Shown piece after piece: positions 62,601 to 64,000 of a DNA stretch of 64,000 bases. Numbering within the stretch: the stretch's first letter is position 1; each line of letters starts with the position of its first letter. Location of the stretch: positions 380,188 to 444,187 of the forward strand of contig NW_005202176.1 of the NCBI RefSeq assembly GCF_000372725.1, written 5' to 3'. Source of the DNA: Emiliania huxleyi CCMP1516 (Eukaryota). The notes beneath the pieces are model-generated. The model searched no databases. It had not been told where the DNA came from and saw only the letters and a list, made by a program, of their open reading frames with translations. Position numbers and translations under genes: made by a program.

Positions 62601-64000
62601 GCACCGTGCTCCACACCGTCGGCAGAGTGCACGCCGAGGCGGGCGACAGCTCCGCCGGCCGCGCCGCCAGCAGCCGCACGTCAGCGCGGGCGAGCGAGGC
62701 AAGCGCCGCCACCGCGTGGCCAAGCACACACCCGCCAACCGCCAGCTCCGCCCCCGCCGCCGCGCCGAGAGCCGCCACGCGCGCCGCACAATCCGAGCCG
62801 GGCGCACCCGGGTCGCCGGGGTACGCACCCAGCACGTTGAGCACGTCGCGAAAGTTGAGGCCGACGCACCACACCCGCAACGAAGCCTCGCCGTCCGCCG
62901 CTACGCCGCTCCCGACCGGCTGCGGCACCACGCGCAAACTCGTCAGCGAGCCCCGCGCGTCAAAGCGAAGCGCGATGGGGCACGAAAGCGAGCACGCCGC
63001 AGCGACGAGCCGAGGCGCGAGAGCGACGTCGCCCACGAGGCGCAGCTCCGGCTCGGCCAAGCCCTGGAGGGCCAGCGCCGCCGCCGCCGGCTCCACGAGG
63101 GACACCGCCGCCGCGCCAGAGAGCGCAAGACAACCGAGCGGCGCCGATGGCGCCTCGCTCCGCGCCGACCGCGCGAGTCCCAGCAAGCCGGGCTGGTGCT
63201 CGTGGCTGTCCCGCGAGCGAGCGCCGCAAGCCCGCACCAGCCACAGAGGCACTTGGAGAGAGCCACCCGCCAGCTGTGAGCGCACCACGCCCAGCGCCGC
63301 CTCAAGCGCCCCGACCGGCTCGGCTGCCGCGCTCGTGCCCGCGATGCCACTGGGCGCCAACACCAAAGAGTCCGTCTGCCGCCCGCCGGTGACCTCGGCC
63401 GCCGGCGAGCGCCGCAGCCGCGGCCGGCACCTCCCGAGCACCAGCGCGCCACCGTCAGCGCCGCCAGCAGAGATAGGGAGAGCCGCCCCGCCGGCCGGCC
63501 GCCACGCCGTAGTGTACAAATGCCGCTCGCGATCCGACGCAGCCGACTCCGCAATCGCGCGGCTCTCAAAGCCGCTCAGCCGCACCGCTGGCGCGCTGCC
63601 ACACGCCGCGCCCGCGAGCCAGACGCTGACCAAGCTCCCGCTCTCCCGAGCAGCGACCGACCAGAGCCGCCCCGAGGCCTGTTGCAGAGCGGCTGCGCCC
63701 ACGGCGAACGGCAGCCGAGTGCAGCCGGAGCGGGTCTCGGAGACCAGCTGCGTGAGCTGCAACGCGCCGTCCAGGTCGGCCGGGTGCAGCTGCGTGCCAG
63801 ACAGCCTGGAGCGCTTGTGCAGCCGTGCCGTCGCTGCGCCGGCCGTGGACAAGCGCGCCGCAGCGAGCGTGCGGTACTCCGGGCCGTACTCAAGCCGCAT
63901 CGAGCGCGAGTGGGCGTAAAGCCGGCCGACACCCGACGCGCATGTGCAAGCGCTGGCGACGGACGGCAGGTCGAGCGGCGCGCTCGGCGAAGCGAGCGGA
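29668..64000 (-). CDS. Giant AT-less (trans-AT) modular type I polyketide synthase, C-terminal >11,400 aa; 5' end outside the window
   Basis: Single open frame, still open at 63901-64000. Contains 6 KS (DTACS, HGTGT, NxGH), 7 ACP (GxDSL), 5 DH regions (HxxxGxxxFP, HPADLDGALQ; the first is partial), 6 ER (LVHAxAGGVG), 7 KR, 3 MT (EVGAGTGG, NVLHAT) and 1 TE (GGSLG). No AT domain is seen. Confidence 0.97.
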   Translation of the reverse strand, partial: PLASPSAPLDLPSVASACTCASGVGRLYAHSRSMRLEYGPEYRTLAAARLSTAGAATARLHKRSRLSGTQLHPADLDGALQLTQLVSETRSGCTRLPFAVGAAALQQASGRLWSVAARESGSLVSVWLAGAACGSAPAVRLSGFESRAIAESAASDRERHLYTTAWRPAGGAALPISAGGADGGALVLGRCRPRLRRSPAAEVTGGRQTDSLVLAPSGIAGTSAAAEPVGALEAALGVVRSQLAGGSLQVPLWLVRACGARSRDSHEHQPGLLGLARSARSEAPSAPLGCLALSGAAAVSLVEPAAAALALQGLAEPELRLVGDVALAPRLVAAACSLSCPIALRFDARGSLTSLRVVPQPVGSGVAADGEASLRVWCVGLNFRDVLNVLGAYPGDPGAPGSDCAARVAALGAAAGAELAVGGCVLGHAVAALASLARADVRLLAARPAELSPASACTLPTVWSTVHAAFCGSRPLARHRLLVHAGAGGVGLAAVEYSHWLRLATGTTAGRPRKHRVLRALGLEGGMGSSRDGGAYASGLAALRSRRLDCVLNSLSGDFIACSVALAREGGTFAEIGKRGVWSSARAWSSAAHLRYEVLALDATMEHAPEWTQHALRQLAARARRLVLHGLPLELFDLESEAVAAFRYLQSGSNSGKVVLRVAFLEQSAHGSHIVTGGSGGLAFVTAGWLVGRGASAVVLSSRSGRVGAAQADTSAGSVASCALLAARCDASEPADVRRLVGVREWRGVWHAAGVLSDGLLRSQTAASLRRVYAPKAGGAWCLQSACAAAPLDSFVLFSSMAALFGAGQSNYSAANCCLDALSARRRGDGLAASSVQWGPWADVGMAAGGAVGGRLQATGVGLITAAQGRAALAAAAVPQAPPVLALLVVDWRRLVRTMGTTPPLLSSLAASSGSAAPKAAVAAGGSAGKSTVDLDLVLEIARQIAGGGLDADVPLMDAGVDSLGAVELRNQLHAAAGDSLSLPSTLVFDHPTARQLAAFFASAALGGEATAAAASRRSAVGGSVEASRFSRDSVRAGGLQMVLPSGVASAASLSRVGACAANLVSEVPVERWTLEAPSPSDGEVARRVRHGAFVHGAELFDHARFGVSSAEAQSMDPQQRLLLERGYESLRGAGLERAALADTAFGVFVAIASVDFNLLMNASPAGGSVYAATGSAHSIASGRLSYVLGLQGPCVSYDTACSAALVACHAGLRATQLRESIGSLVAGVSLMLLPNLGTCFAVAGMLSARGRCHTFDARADGYARGEACCALTLRTTGVEACTLAVRGGCVRQDGKSASLTAPNGRAQHALLDASLVDAALPCEDLSMWEAHGTGTALGDPIEMRSLAAAVLTYLGDECALPTGSVKANAGHGEPAAGGSGLLRLAVGLGGGVASPNAQLRTVNPHIAAVFEGSPTASLPSQHSPFLQVGGGAAATGAVSSFGYSGTIASCVVDAERRTSRPRLRSGAVPLVMQRRRFEPWAGCHPLRAHVSSAGSLTIAWSPAVGRLAALVSDHIVDGQVVFPAAAYLEMARAASAAAHGSVPSAGAALRRVFFLKPLVLDGSAARVSCEVDTAAGRFEISGVGEEPTDHTAHCAGASCPLASPSAPLDLPSVASACTCAAGVGRLYAHSRSMRLEYGPEYRTLAAARLSTAGAATARLHKRSRLSGTQLHPADLDGALQLTQLVSETRPGCTRLPFAVGAAALQQASGRLWSVAARESGSLVSVWLAGAACGSAPAVRLSGFESRAIAESAASDRERHLYTTAWRPAGGAALPISAGGADGGALVLGRCRPRLRRSPAAEVTGGRQTDSLVLAPSGIAGTSAAAEPVGALEAALGVVRSQLAGGSLQVPLWLVRACGARSRDSHEHQPGLLGLARSARSEAPSAPLGCLALSGAAAVSLVEPAAAALALQGLAEPELRLVGDVALAPRLVAAACSLSCPIALRFDARGSLTSLRVVPQPLNKSVAADDEASLRVWCVGLNFRDVLNVLGAYPGDPGAPGSDCAARVAALGAAAGAELAVGGCVLGHAVAALASLARADVRLLAARPAELSPASACTLPTVWSTVHAAFCGSRPLARHRLLVHAGAGGVGLAAVEYSHWLRLATGTTAGRPRKHRVLRALGLEGGMGSSRDGGAYASGLAALRSRRLDCVLNSLSGDFIACSVALAREGGTFAEIGKRGVWSSARAWSSAAHLRYEVLALDATMEHAPEWTQHALRQLAARARRLVLHGLPLELFDLESEAVAAFRYLQSGSNSGKVVLRVAFLEQSAHGSHIVTGGSGGLAFVTAGWLVGRGASAVVLSSRSGRVGAAQADTSAGSVASCALLAARCDASEPADVRRLVGVREWRGVWHAAGVLSDGLLRSQTAASLRRVYAPKAGGAWCLQSACAAAPLDSFVLFSSMAALFGAGQSNYSAANCCLDALSARRRGDGLAASSVQWGPWADVGMAAGGAVGGRLQATGVGLITAAQGRAALAAAAVPQAPPVLALLVVDWRRLVRTMGTTPPLLSSLAASGGSAAPKAAVAAGGSAGKSTVDLDLVLEIARQIAGGGLDADVPLMDAGVDSLGAVELRNQLHAAAGDSLSLPSTLVFDHPTARQLAAFFASAALGGEATAAAASRRSAVGGSVEASRFSRDSVRAGGLQMVLPSGVASAASLSRVGACAANLVSEVPVERWTLEAPSPSDGEVARRVRHGAFVHGAELFDHARFGVSSAEAQSMDPQQRLLLERGYESLRGAGLERAALADTAFGVFVAIASVDFNLLMNASPAGGSVYAATGSAHSIASGRLSYVLGLQGPCVSYDTACSAALVACHAGLRATQLRESIGSLVAGVSLMLLPNLGTSFAVAGMLSARGRCHTFDARADGYARGEACCALTLRTTGVEACTLAVRGGCVRQDGKSASLTAPNGRAQHALLDATLVDAALPCEDLSMWEAHGTGTALGDPIEMRSLAAAVLTYLGDECALPTGSVKANAGHGEPAAGGSGLLRLAVGLGGGVASPNAQLRTVNPHIAAVFEGAPTASLPSQHSPFLQVGGGAAATGAVSSFGYSGTIASCVVDAERRTSGPRLRSGAVPLVMQRRRFEPWAGCHPLRAHVSSAGSLTTAWSPAVGRLAALVSDHIVDGQVVFPAAAYLEMARAASAAAHGSVPSAGAALRRVFFLKPLVLDGSAARVSCEVDTAAGRFEISGVGEEPTDHTAHCAGASCPLASPSAPLDLPSVASACTCAAGVGRLYAHSRSMRLEYGPEYRTLAAARLSTAGAATARLHKRSRLSGTQLHPADLDGALQLTQLVSETRPGCTRLPFAVGAAALQQASGRLWSVAARESGSLVSVWLAGAACGSAPAVRLSGFESRAIAESAASDRERHLYTTAWRPAGGAALPISAGGADGGALVLGRCRPRLRRWPAAEVTGGRQTDSLVLAPSGIAGTSAAAEPVGALEAALGVVRSQLAGGSLQVPLWLVRACGARSRDSHEHQPGLLGLARSARSEAPSAPLGCLALSGAAAVSLVEPAAAALALQGLAEPELRLVGDVALAPRLVAAACSLSCPIALRFDARGSLTSLRVVPQPVGSGVAADGEASLRVWCVGLNFRDVLNVLGAYPGDPGAPGSDCAARVAALGAAAGAELAVGGCVLGHAVAALASLARADVRLLAARPAELSPASACTLPTVWSTVHAAFCGSRPLARHRLLVHAGAGGVGFAAVEYSHWLRLATGTTAGRPRKHRVLRALGLEGGMGSSRDGGAYASGLAALRSRRLDCVLNSLSGDFIACSVALAREGGTFAEIGKRGVWSSARAWSSAAHLRYEVLALDATMEHAPEWTQHALRQLAARARRLVLHGLPLELFDLESEAVAAFRYLQSGSNSGKVVLRVAFLEQSAHGSHIVTGGSGGLAFVTAGWLVGRGASAVVLSSRSGRVGAAQADTSAGSVASCALLAARCDASEPADVRRLVGVRDWRGVWHAAGVLSDGLLRSQTAASLRRVYAPKAGGAWCLQSACAAAPLDSFVLFSSMAALFGAGQSNYSAANCCLDALSARRRGDGLAASSVQWGPWADVGMAAGSAVSARLQASGLRQISLQEGAAGLVAALSAREPAVFALFLTDWDRFLESLPAVPLLLDRFKPAATARGASSTLTNQLPMEQVLRIAQGVAGAELDPDKPLMEAGLDSLGAVELRNQLQRAAGDGLELPSTFIFDAPTVRAISALVQAPEENPGSELGLAPPVMTSSSQTLVGSSVRLPAGVATQHTFSLVLASCGDVAAEVPLERWDVGSAVADAVAGGLDDVVCSRMRYGAFLRQADLFDASAFSVSKSEAFAMDPQQRLCLEHGYAALHAAGLLRASLLGRETGVFLALSCQDFSRVLLQSDAWRSVYAATGSSQSVAAGRLSFALGMQGPCTQVDTACSAGLTATNLACGTLQLGECREAVVLAVNVMLVTDVHQAFAIAGMTSPRGKCHTFDERADGYVRADSCGAAVFEPQDEGQRSRCAVAGVTVRCDGRSASLTAPNGQAQCRLISAAIARAGVRAADVQVEEAHGTGTALGDPIEMRSLSTSVFVPAAKEGAAQTTVGSLKANAGHAEPGAGFSGFQALVLALQGSATSPNAQLRRVNPHVHDVLSIVPCGLPTAPSNVGHGQSGLMYGAVSSFGYSGTIVHAVLSCSARAGEPARPPSAPGLVYRRQRFSWQDELHPLAQQPGRAGEAHLFRSPARGRLVALMADHVVQGRVIFPAAGYLELARAACQASTLYAGSRACHLRRVLFMQPCVVEPAADQHIECEVSGALDSLEIRSGAGAALAERMVHCAASPSGGGAGGAAGARSLAAPAQRACCPHAADAARIYGDFRAVGLEYGRAFQTLAQGWASALSGTAIASLRPRRKACLEGTLLHPADLDGALQASILMERERSSETRLPFSVAEAALSGLHGNMVAMLSRRGASTADVVLSGLGKATRLDHFESRVLKKGAAGKAASAAGKAAPAADWSYACEWAPVASAAADPSQEARVLLVGDRRGTLAAALGRSIARRAESGSASELREAGALDGVVLVAPPRAAAALGSIASALTIVQWQMDLPAAVPVWVCTHLTQPVASVRRSSSEHAGLWGFARACLQEAAGLPLYNLDLDFGCAQSLRGAAELVRSRALASEDGFVHGLRVGPAAENEAALRGGSMHVRRLTLRRSPAALQSIVLTCEPRGSFANLKLEPRGDHSSRDGNEVAPTEVSIAVHAVGLNFRDVLDALGELPSEYLGTLGSDCAGMVEHAGSQVAHIAQRDACFGQAKNCLASHVCCDARLQVRKPSAVSFEAATTLISTWCTVHVAFVRSRLVGSRRLLVHATAGGVGLAASEYAAWLRLRLFGTAGAPRKHHLLRCCGVRSTASSRQAASCGHSLASQLGGRRLDGVLNSLSADFISTSFALLAPAGRFEEIGKRSVWSVARAAAAVPSAYSVLDMALDVPADPDWYSAEVLQVLARRLEAVVVHGLPLRSFGIEREARDAFRFLSGGANLGKVVITIPVRLGAPSSLAVAFAPLCELLDAHVSDAVRALEDLPQVTDAHEVLERAVRHDIARALSGLDPSAIPKWHHRLLYEWCAAIEPPTEPASYEDVLAVSPRLWPEVGVTQRCASQLAAALLGTVAYQELLFPGGSMELTLPVYEDAVNARFYNECVVAAVDSIIASLPAGRFLSVVEVGAGTGGTASSVLPRLRRVCEQYMFTDVSEVFLNQAQRRFAEYAGFMRFELLNIDADSRLQGFASGSFDLAIATNVLHATPFIRNTLRNCRRLLCDGGFLLLNELLRTNGFLQTTFGLTDGWWMFASDPERTNQPSPLLSWEHWRQILAASGFASSHCMRGDGYVLEAQAIIVSQVGERSPGARRAELDRGTHLFSGGLGGLGLLTARMLVGRGAKHLVLSSRSGRVQSGSEADWAWLTSRVAVSPARCDVSDATAVRALAGAVQQSCMPLCGVYHAAGLLADATVRNQAMGHFATVFAPKVHGAGWLHAASLAGALQHFHAYSSVAGLIGNAAATPHSAANTWLDSLVHCRRDAGLGGLGTQWGAVAEIGYAARHGADERATKSGMGAVTRAMAWDALHASLARCDRVVAVWPAEWPLLLGRAPAGAVPGLLLPWKNRRGRAAPKRARAAPAPGVPASASATQPAATAGSSALLSLDGVLEILQGTMSARVDADVPLMEAGLDSLGAVELRNQLQRAAGDAVPLPSTLVFDHPTARQLASFFSDKGAPPVAAAAATPSHASARAAEAVCAAGLSATLPEGVTTLEAARAVAATGGNVVSEVPADRWTLEASNVSAAVAQRVCHGAFVRAADLFDNGHFGISAVEAASMDPQQRILLERGYESLHGAGLPKSSLLGSVTGIFIGIAANDFAEILSKSPAGGSVYSATGSSHSIASGRLSYILGLQGPCASYDTACSSTLTACHAAVRATRHAESVDNLVAGISLLLLPRVSYSFATAGMTSARGRCHTFDARADGYARAEACCALTLRTGMGHLSLAGSCVRSDGKSASLTAPNGKAQQALLEAALVDAGSTCDDLSCVEAHGTGTSLGDPIEVGSLAATLLAGHGSITAVGSIKANAGHAEPAAGAAGLLRLGLKLVTDQASPNAQLRVLNPHVASAIESVRVLHQTQLATTWEGGNATRLGGVSSFGYSGTIVHVVAAASALTVAPSTSFTRRYSYRHKSFKWRSSSPTSTEASLSSYQAAWVRSRSALQAATVSGRCLLLAPHQGISLVGRALVQARLQVEKADLEAGASAAGQWAAVVICPGGEGDTTAAPLITLLQRLVNLQPPPQIIVCTSGEVVAAPRVVQPGSILGGCGSWGVGRVLQLERPQLRLGLVDLPRATPAAEEAARSFFTAALSAAAHDSAAAYVGASRFVARLRRGGGVTKTSTLAGPSRQRSSVVVTGGLGGLGLKAALLFARSASSILLTSRSGAVVRDGQGLHDMLQSLRDSAKHVAVLACDASKPADVKALLGATAGGTAHVLHAAGVADKGLLADILAPRVHAVFAAKVDSARLLHACTTTAPLRGFLLYSSVAAMLGGAGQASYASANSCLDVLAAHLGSRGCVASSVQFPLVQGVGIGAAAFSKGQMSFRGMLAISLVEYEAVLQSVLSNAAVAVRLPLPTATARMLEGVPSADVPLLSELRAAVSSSAASGTENACGSNFSQELATLTPAVRATRMEEAVLETVRKLSDVEAIGAATPLMEAGIDSLAATELASRLRDLTGVAVSPTMVFDHPTPRALASHLLEELRCSGANRPIATASASPAAAEKAISISGGDVARWPGGAEAIGEAMASFEASGDGIRAVPRVRWVLSEHVDIGSISDVQAAAAGSGGFVCKAELFDSALFAISPTEGAAMDPQQRLLLELSYQAFHGHGLRRDSLLGTDTGVYVGMERPDWTRMQSPQAAASVYAVTADTNSVAAGRISFCLGLMGPCMSLDTACSSALSAQHSAASAMRNTECALALVASVTLKLSPLVTLRVAAAGMLSPDARCKTYDRSANGFVRAEGVGAIVLTRDAICEGAPARLLLGSAVRQDGRSASLTAPNGSAQRVLMNAALSRASVTAAAVASIEAHGTGTALGDPIESGALSHLFRAAPGHVAVGALKANVGHAEPMSGLFGICKALHVLSADCAGNAQLRVMNELVSEHLGGGAGPSAILPTQRLQRERGLVAVGGVSSFGYSGTIVHAVLSCSARAGEPARPPSAPGLVYRRQRFSWQDELHPLAQQPGRAGEAHLFRSPARGRLVALMADHVVQGRVIFPAAGYLELARAACQASTLYAGSRACHLRRVLFMQPCVVEPAADQHIECEVSGALDSLEIRSGAGAALAERMVHCAASPSGGGAGGAAGARSLAAPAQRACCPHAADAARIYGDFRAVGLEYGRAFQTLAQGWASALSGTAIASLRPRRKACLEGTLLHPADLDGALQASILMERERSSETRLPFSVAEAALSGLHGNMVAMLSRRGASTADVVLSGLGKATRLDHFESRVLKKGAAGKAASAAGKAAPAADWSYACEWAPVASAAADPSQEARVLLVGDRRGTLAAALGRSIARRAESGSASELREAGALDGVVLVAPPRAAAALGSIASALTIVQWQMDLPAAVPVWVCTHLTQPVASVRRSSSEHAGLWGFARACLQEAAGLPLYNLDLDFGCAQSLRGAAELVRSRALASEDGFVHGLRVGPAAENEAALRGGSMHVRRLTLRRSPAALQSIVLTCEPRGSFANLKLEPRGDHSSRDGNEVAPTEVSIAVHAVGLNFRDVLIVLDQYPGPRADPGSDCAGMVEHAGSQVAHIAQRDACFGISNACLASHVCCDARLQVRKPSAVSFEAATTLISTWCTVHVAFVRSRLVGSRRLLVHATAGGVGLAASEYAAWLRLRLFGTAGAPRKHHLLRCCGVRSTASSRQAASCGHSLASQLGGRRLDGVLNSLSADFISTSFALLAPAGRFEEIGKRSVWSFARAAAAVPSAYSVLDMALDVPADPDWYSAEVLQVLARRLEAVVVHGLPLRSFGIEREARDAFRFLSGGANLGKVVITIPVRLGAPSSLAVAFAPLCELLDAHVSDAVRALEDLPQVTDAHEVLERAVRHDIARALSGLDPSAIPKWHHRLLHEWCAAIEPPTEPASYEDVLAVSPRLWPEVGLTQRCASQLAAALLGTVAYQELLFPGGSMELTLPVYEDAVHSRFYNECVVAAVDSIIASLPAGRFLSVVEVGAGTGGTASSVLPRLRRVCEQYMFTDVSEVFLNQAQRRFAEYAGFMRFELLNIDADSRLQGFASGSFDLAIATNVLHATPFIRNTLRNCRRLLCDGGFLLVNEALRTSSSIQTTFGLTDGWWMFASDPERTNQPSPLLSWEHWRQILAASGFASSHCMRGDGLLLETQAIIVSQVGERSPGARRAELDRGTHLFSGGLGGLGLLTARMLVGRGAKHLVLSSRSGRVQSGSEADWAWLTSRVAVSPARCDVSDATAVRALAGAVQQSCMPLCGVYHAAGLLADATVRNQTMGHFATVFAPKVHGAGWLHAASLAGALQHFHAYSSVAGLIGNAAATPHSAANTWLDSLVHCRRDAGLGGLGTQWGAVAEIGYAARHGADERATKSGMGAVTRAMAWDALHASLARCDRVVAVWPAEWPLLLGRAPAGAVPGLLLPWKNRRGRAAPKRARAAPAPGVPASASATQPAATAGSSALLSLDGVLEILQGTMSARVDADVPLMEAGLDSLGAVELRNQLQRAAGDAVPLPSTLVFDHPTARQLASFFSDKGAPPVAAAAATPSHASARAAEAVCAAGLSATLPEGVTTLEAARAVAATGGNVVSEVPADRWCPDELQFPDELIARRVRHGGFARGIDRFDNACFGISAAETAVMDPQQRILLERGYESLHGAGLKRTTLIGTTMGVFVGIGTQDFAFLVTNSPLASSVYSATGSSHSIASGRLSYILGLQGPCASYDTACSSTLAAGHAALRATQLGECSGGVVAGVSLMLLPSLGTSFATAGMTSARGRCHTFDARADGFARGESCCALTLLSHAKSESSLVSTGSCVRQDGKSASLTAPNGKAQQALLEAALVDAGSTCDDLSCVEAHGTGTSLGDPIEVGSLAATLLAGHGSITAVGSIKANAGHAEAAAGAAGLLRLGLKLVTDQASPNAQLRVLNPHVASAIESVRVLHQTQLATTWEGGNATRLGGVSSFGYSGTIVHHLLTISGDDVAVPWGPSLRFKRTLFAWRQKPETKATEKVGYFATEWAPVASAAADPSREARVLLVGDRRGTLAAALGRSIARRAESGSASELREAGALDGVVLVAPPRAAAALGSIASALTIVQWQMDLPAAVPVWVCTHLTQPVASVRRSSSEHAGLWGFARACLQEAAGLPLYNLDLDFGCAQSLRGAAELVRSRALASEDGFVHGLRVGPAAENEAALRGGSMHVRRLTLRRSPAALQSIVLTCEPRGSFANLKLEPRGDHSSRDGNEVAPTEVSIAVHAVGLNFRDVLIVLDQYPGPRADPGSDCAGMVEHAGSQVAHIAQRDACFGISNACLASHVCCDARLQVRKPSAVSFEAATTLISTWCTVHVAFVRSRLVGSRRLLVHATAGGVGLAASEYAAWLRLRLFGTAGAPRKHHLLRCCGVRSTASSRQAASCGHSLASQLGGRRLDGVLNSLSADFISTSFALLAPAGRFEEIGKRSVWSFARAAAAVPSAYSVLDMALDVPADPDWYSAEVLQVLARRLEAVVVHGLPLRSFGIEREARDAFRFLSGGANLGKVVITIPVRLGAPSSLAVAFAPLCELLDAHVSDAVRALEELPQVTDAHEVLERAVRHDIARALSGLDPSAIPKWHHRLLHEWCAAIEPPTEPASYEDVLAVSPRLWPEVGLTQRCASQLAAALLGTVAYQELLFPGGSMELTLPVYEDAVNARFYNECVVAAIDSIIASLPAGRFLSVVEVGAGTGGTASSVLPRLRRVCEQYMFTDVSEVFLNQAQRRFAEYAGFMRFELLNIDADSRLQGFASGSFDLAIATNVLHATPFIRNTLRNCRRLLCDGGFLLLNELLRTSGFLQTTFGLTDGWWMFASDPERTNQPSPLLSWEHWRQILAASGFASSHCMRGDGLLLETQAIIVSQVGERSPGARRAELDRGTHLFSGGLGGLGLLTARMLVGRGAKHLVLSCRSGRVQSGSEADWAWLTSRVAVSPARCDVSDATAVRALAGAVQQSCMPLCGVYHAAGLLADATVRNQTMGHFATVFAPKVHGAGWLHAASLAGALQHFHAYSSVAGLIGNAAATPHSAANTWLDSLVHCRRDAGLGGLGTQWGAVAEIGYAARHGADERATKSGMGAVTRAMAWDALHASLARCDRVVAVWPAEWPLLLGRGAAGPVPGLLLPWKNRRLLKEKAAGGYTKSVALNLDSILDIIGGAMSGSVDADVPLADAGLDSLGAVELRTQLQHATGVDELPSTLLIDHPTARSLALHLGASATAAPPEAGPGAQAGESVEASATAAAPTSTDRTEHAGAEQAEYISPSLVRLCGKPAAAPAAPPLVIAHSVVGDEQGYERWYKPSNVLEREVIALRHPAFWSGVVEGSTSIQQLSEAYAAELVAYLADSPFDLIGGSLGALVAHRVALIARSLGGRPRGLVLIDPPESGAMPGFLRELSRHVHISFAMAAESLIIGPTIQLGGARDAGGLEALQGILDEVRGSPEGALAFVLAKASLPARPSIAQAQEATRAAAVRIAVHKQLIQLVWDEWGGRAPKPPRPFAFAGERGEPAILMVRASERGAYFSFLMTQGLRNVDDAVVDRLTGGRSAMVRAAFAKYENASDFRKMLDEGSSLAHIRDDFERVLGARALGALERMVQIQGSLGEFGASALELELEGQHFDVVMQCIARRDERFKAMAAEFLAPSPPAKALEELPRSRSTRAAATSGGGGSLKADGWQGALAELLAGVRGCLQPAVPARQRLEGGRVGPVVLNSDDMGA
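29900..31020 (-). other. PKS terminal thioesterase (alpha/beta hydrolase)
   Basis: PLVIAHSVVG, FDLIGGSLGALVA (GxSxG), LVLIDPP and LEGQHF give an apparent Ser-Asp-His triad. Confidence 0.85.
31180..36210 (-). other. PKS terminal module n: KS-psiKR-ER-cMT-KR(Tyr>His)-ACP, no DH
   Basis: The KS is followed directly by YFATEWAP (psiKR start). 31420-34835 repeats 36580-39995 at a 5160-bp offset. Confidence 0.88.
36280..42235 (-). other. PKS module n-1: KS-DH-psiKR-ER-cMT-KR(Tyr>His)-ACP
   Basis: LDTACSSA. The DH-to-ACP region is near-identical to module n-3 at an offset of 9099/9102 bp. Confidence 0.88.
42300..45310 (-). other. PKS module n-2: KS-psiKR-KR-ACP (hydroxyl-retaining)
   Basis: DTACSST, TGGLGGLG, HAAGVADK (no LDD), GQASYASAN, GIDSL. 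No DH or ER motifs. Confidence 0.88.
45380..51350 (-). other. PKS module n-3: KS-DH-psiKR-ER-cMT-KR(Tyr>His)-ACP
   Basis: VDTACSAG, DHVVQGRVIFP, HATAGGVG, EVGAGTGG/NVLHAT/FGLTDGWW, GNAAATPHSAAN, GLDSL. Confidence 0.88.
51420..56100 (-). other. PKS module n-4: KS-DH-psiKR-ER-KR-ACP (fully reducing)
   Basis: Copy of the 4800-bp unit down to ~51850, then a unique KR tail and ACP (GLDSL). Confidence 0.9.
56200..60900 (-). other. PKS module n-5: KS-DH-psiKR-ER-KR-ACP (fully reducing)
   Basis: All catalytic motifs intact. One copy of the 4800-bp unit. Confidence 0.9.
61000..64000 (-). other. PKS module n-6 (partial): DH(C-part)-psiKR-ER-KR-ACP
   Basis: HPADLDGALQ, GLNFRDVL, HAGAGGVG, TGGSGGLA, GQSNYSAAN (Tyr at 61564-61566), GVDSL. 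Confidence 0.9.

Larger units (their letters stand above)
51850..64000. repeat. Tandem 4800-bp coding repeat (~2.5 copies in the window)
   Basis: Sequence lines recur at exact 4800-bp offsets (e.g. 54301/59101/63901) with only scattered substitutions. Confidence 0.95.

Noticed and set aside
63898..63900. ATG at 63900 as the PKS start
   Set aside because: It lies mid-DH domain. The frame is open to the window edge and the same Met is internal in the downstream copies.
29428..63919. Long plus-strand and off-frame ORFs over the PKS (e.g. 29428-33051 1207 aa, 35908-38211, 550-aa repeats)
   Set aside because: Shadow ORFs caused by high GC and codon bias. They are Arg/Ala-rich, have no domain motifs and recur with the module repeats.
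29668..64000. Bacterial contamination as the source of the PKS
   Set aside because: Contiguous with intron-containing eukaryotic genes and microsatellites, similar GC and Ala/Gly-rich linkers, no operon context. Read-level confirmation is still desirable.

Overview
GC-rich eukaryotic genomic DNA. The GC-AG introns, repeat-filled introns and gene families suggest a haptophyte alga of the Emiliania/Gephyrocapsa type (inference). The right 34 kb is one intron-less minus-strand ORF of more than 11,400 aa that runs off the window end. It encodes the C-terminal part of a giant AT-less (trans-AT) modular type I PKS: ...DH-ER-KR-ACP | KS-DH-ER-KR-ACP | KS-DH-ER-KR-ACP | KS-DH-ER-MT-KR*-ACP | KS-KR-ACP | KS-DH-ER-MT-KR*-ACP | KS-ER-MT-KR*-ACP | TE. 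It is built from near-identical module duplications (4800-bp period; 9.1-kb and 5.16-kb offsets). The MT sits between ER and KR, all three MT-module KRs have His in place of the catalytic Tyr, and divergence between copies is concentrated at ER/MT active-site patches. The left 29 kb holds ordinary intron-containing genes (CRAL-TRIO, HPAT-like glycosyltransferase, thioredoxin-fold, RPA1, NHL-BTB, Cys-rich TM, ankyrin), gene fragments (NHL, MATE) and a DUF6817-like + TauD dioxygenase locus between direct repeats. It also contains two non-autonomous TIR elements with target-site duplications, introns formed by exon-end duplication, and a 5-copy hairpin repeat-spacer array with a compensatory base-pair change. 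Domain boundaries are approximate and read by eye.
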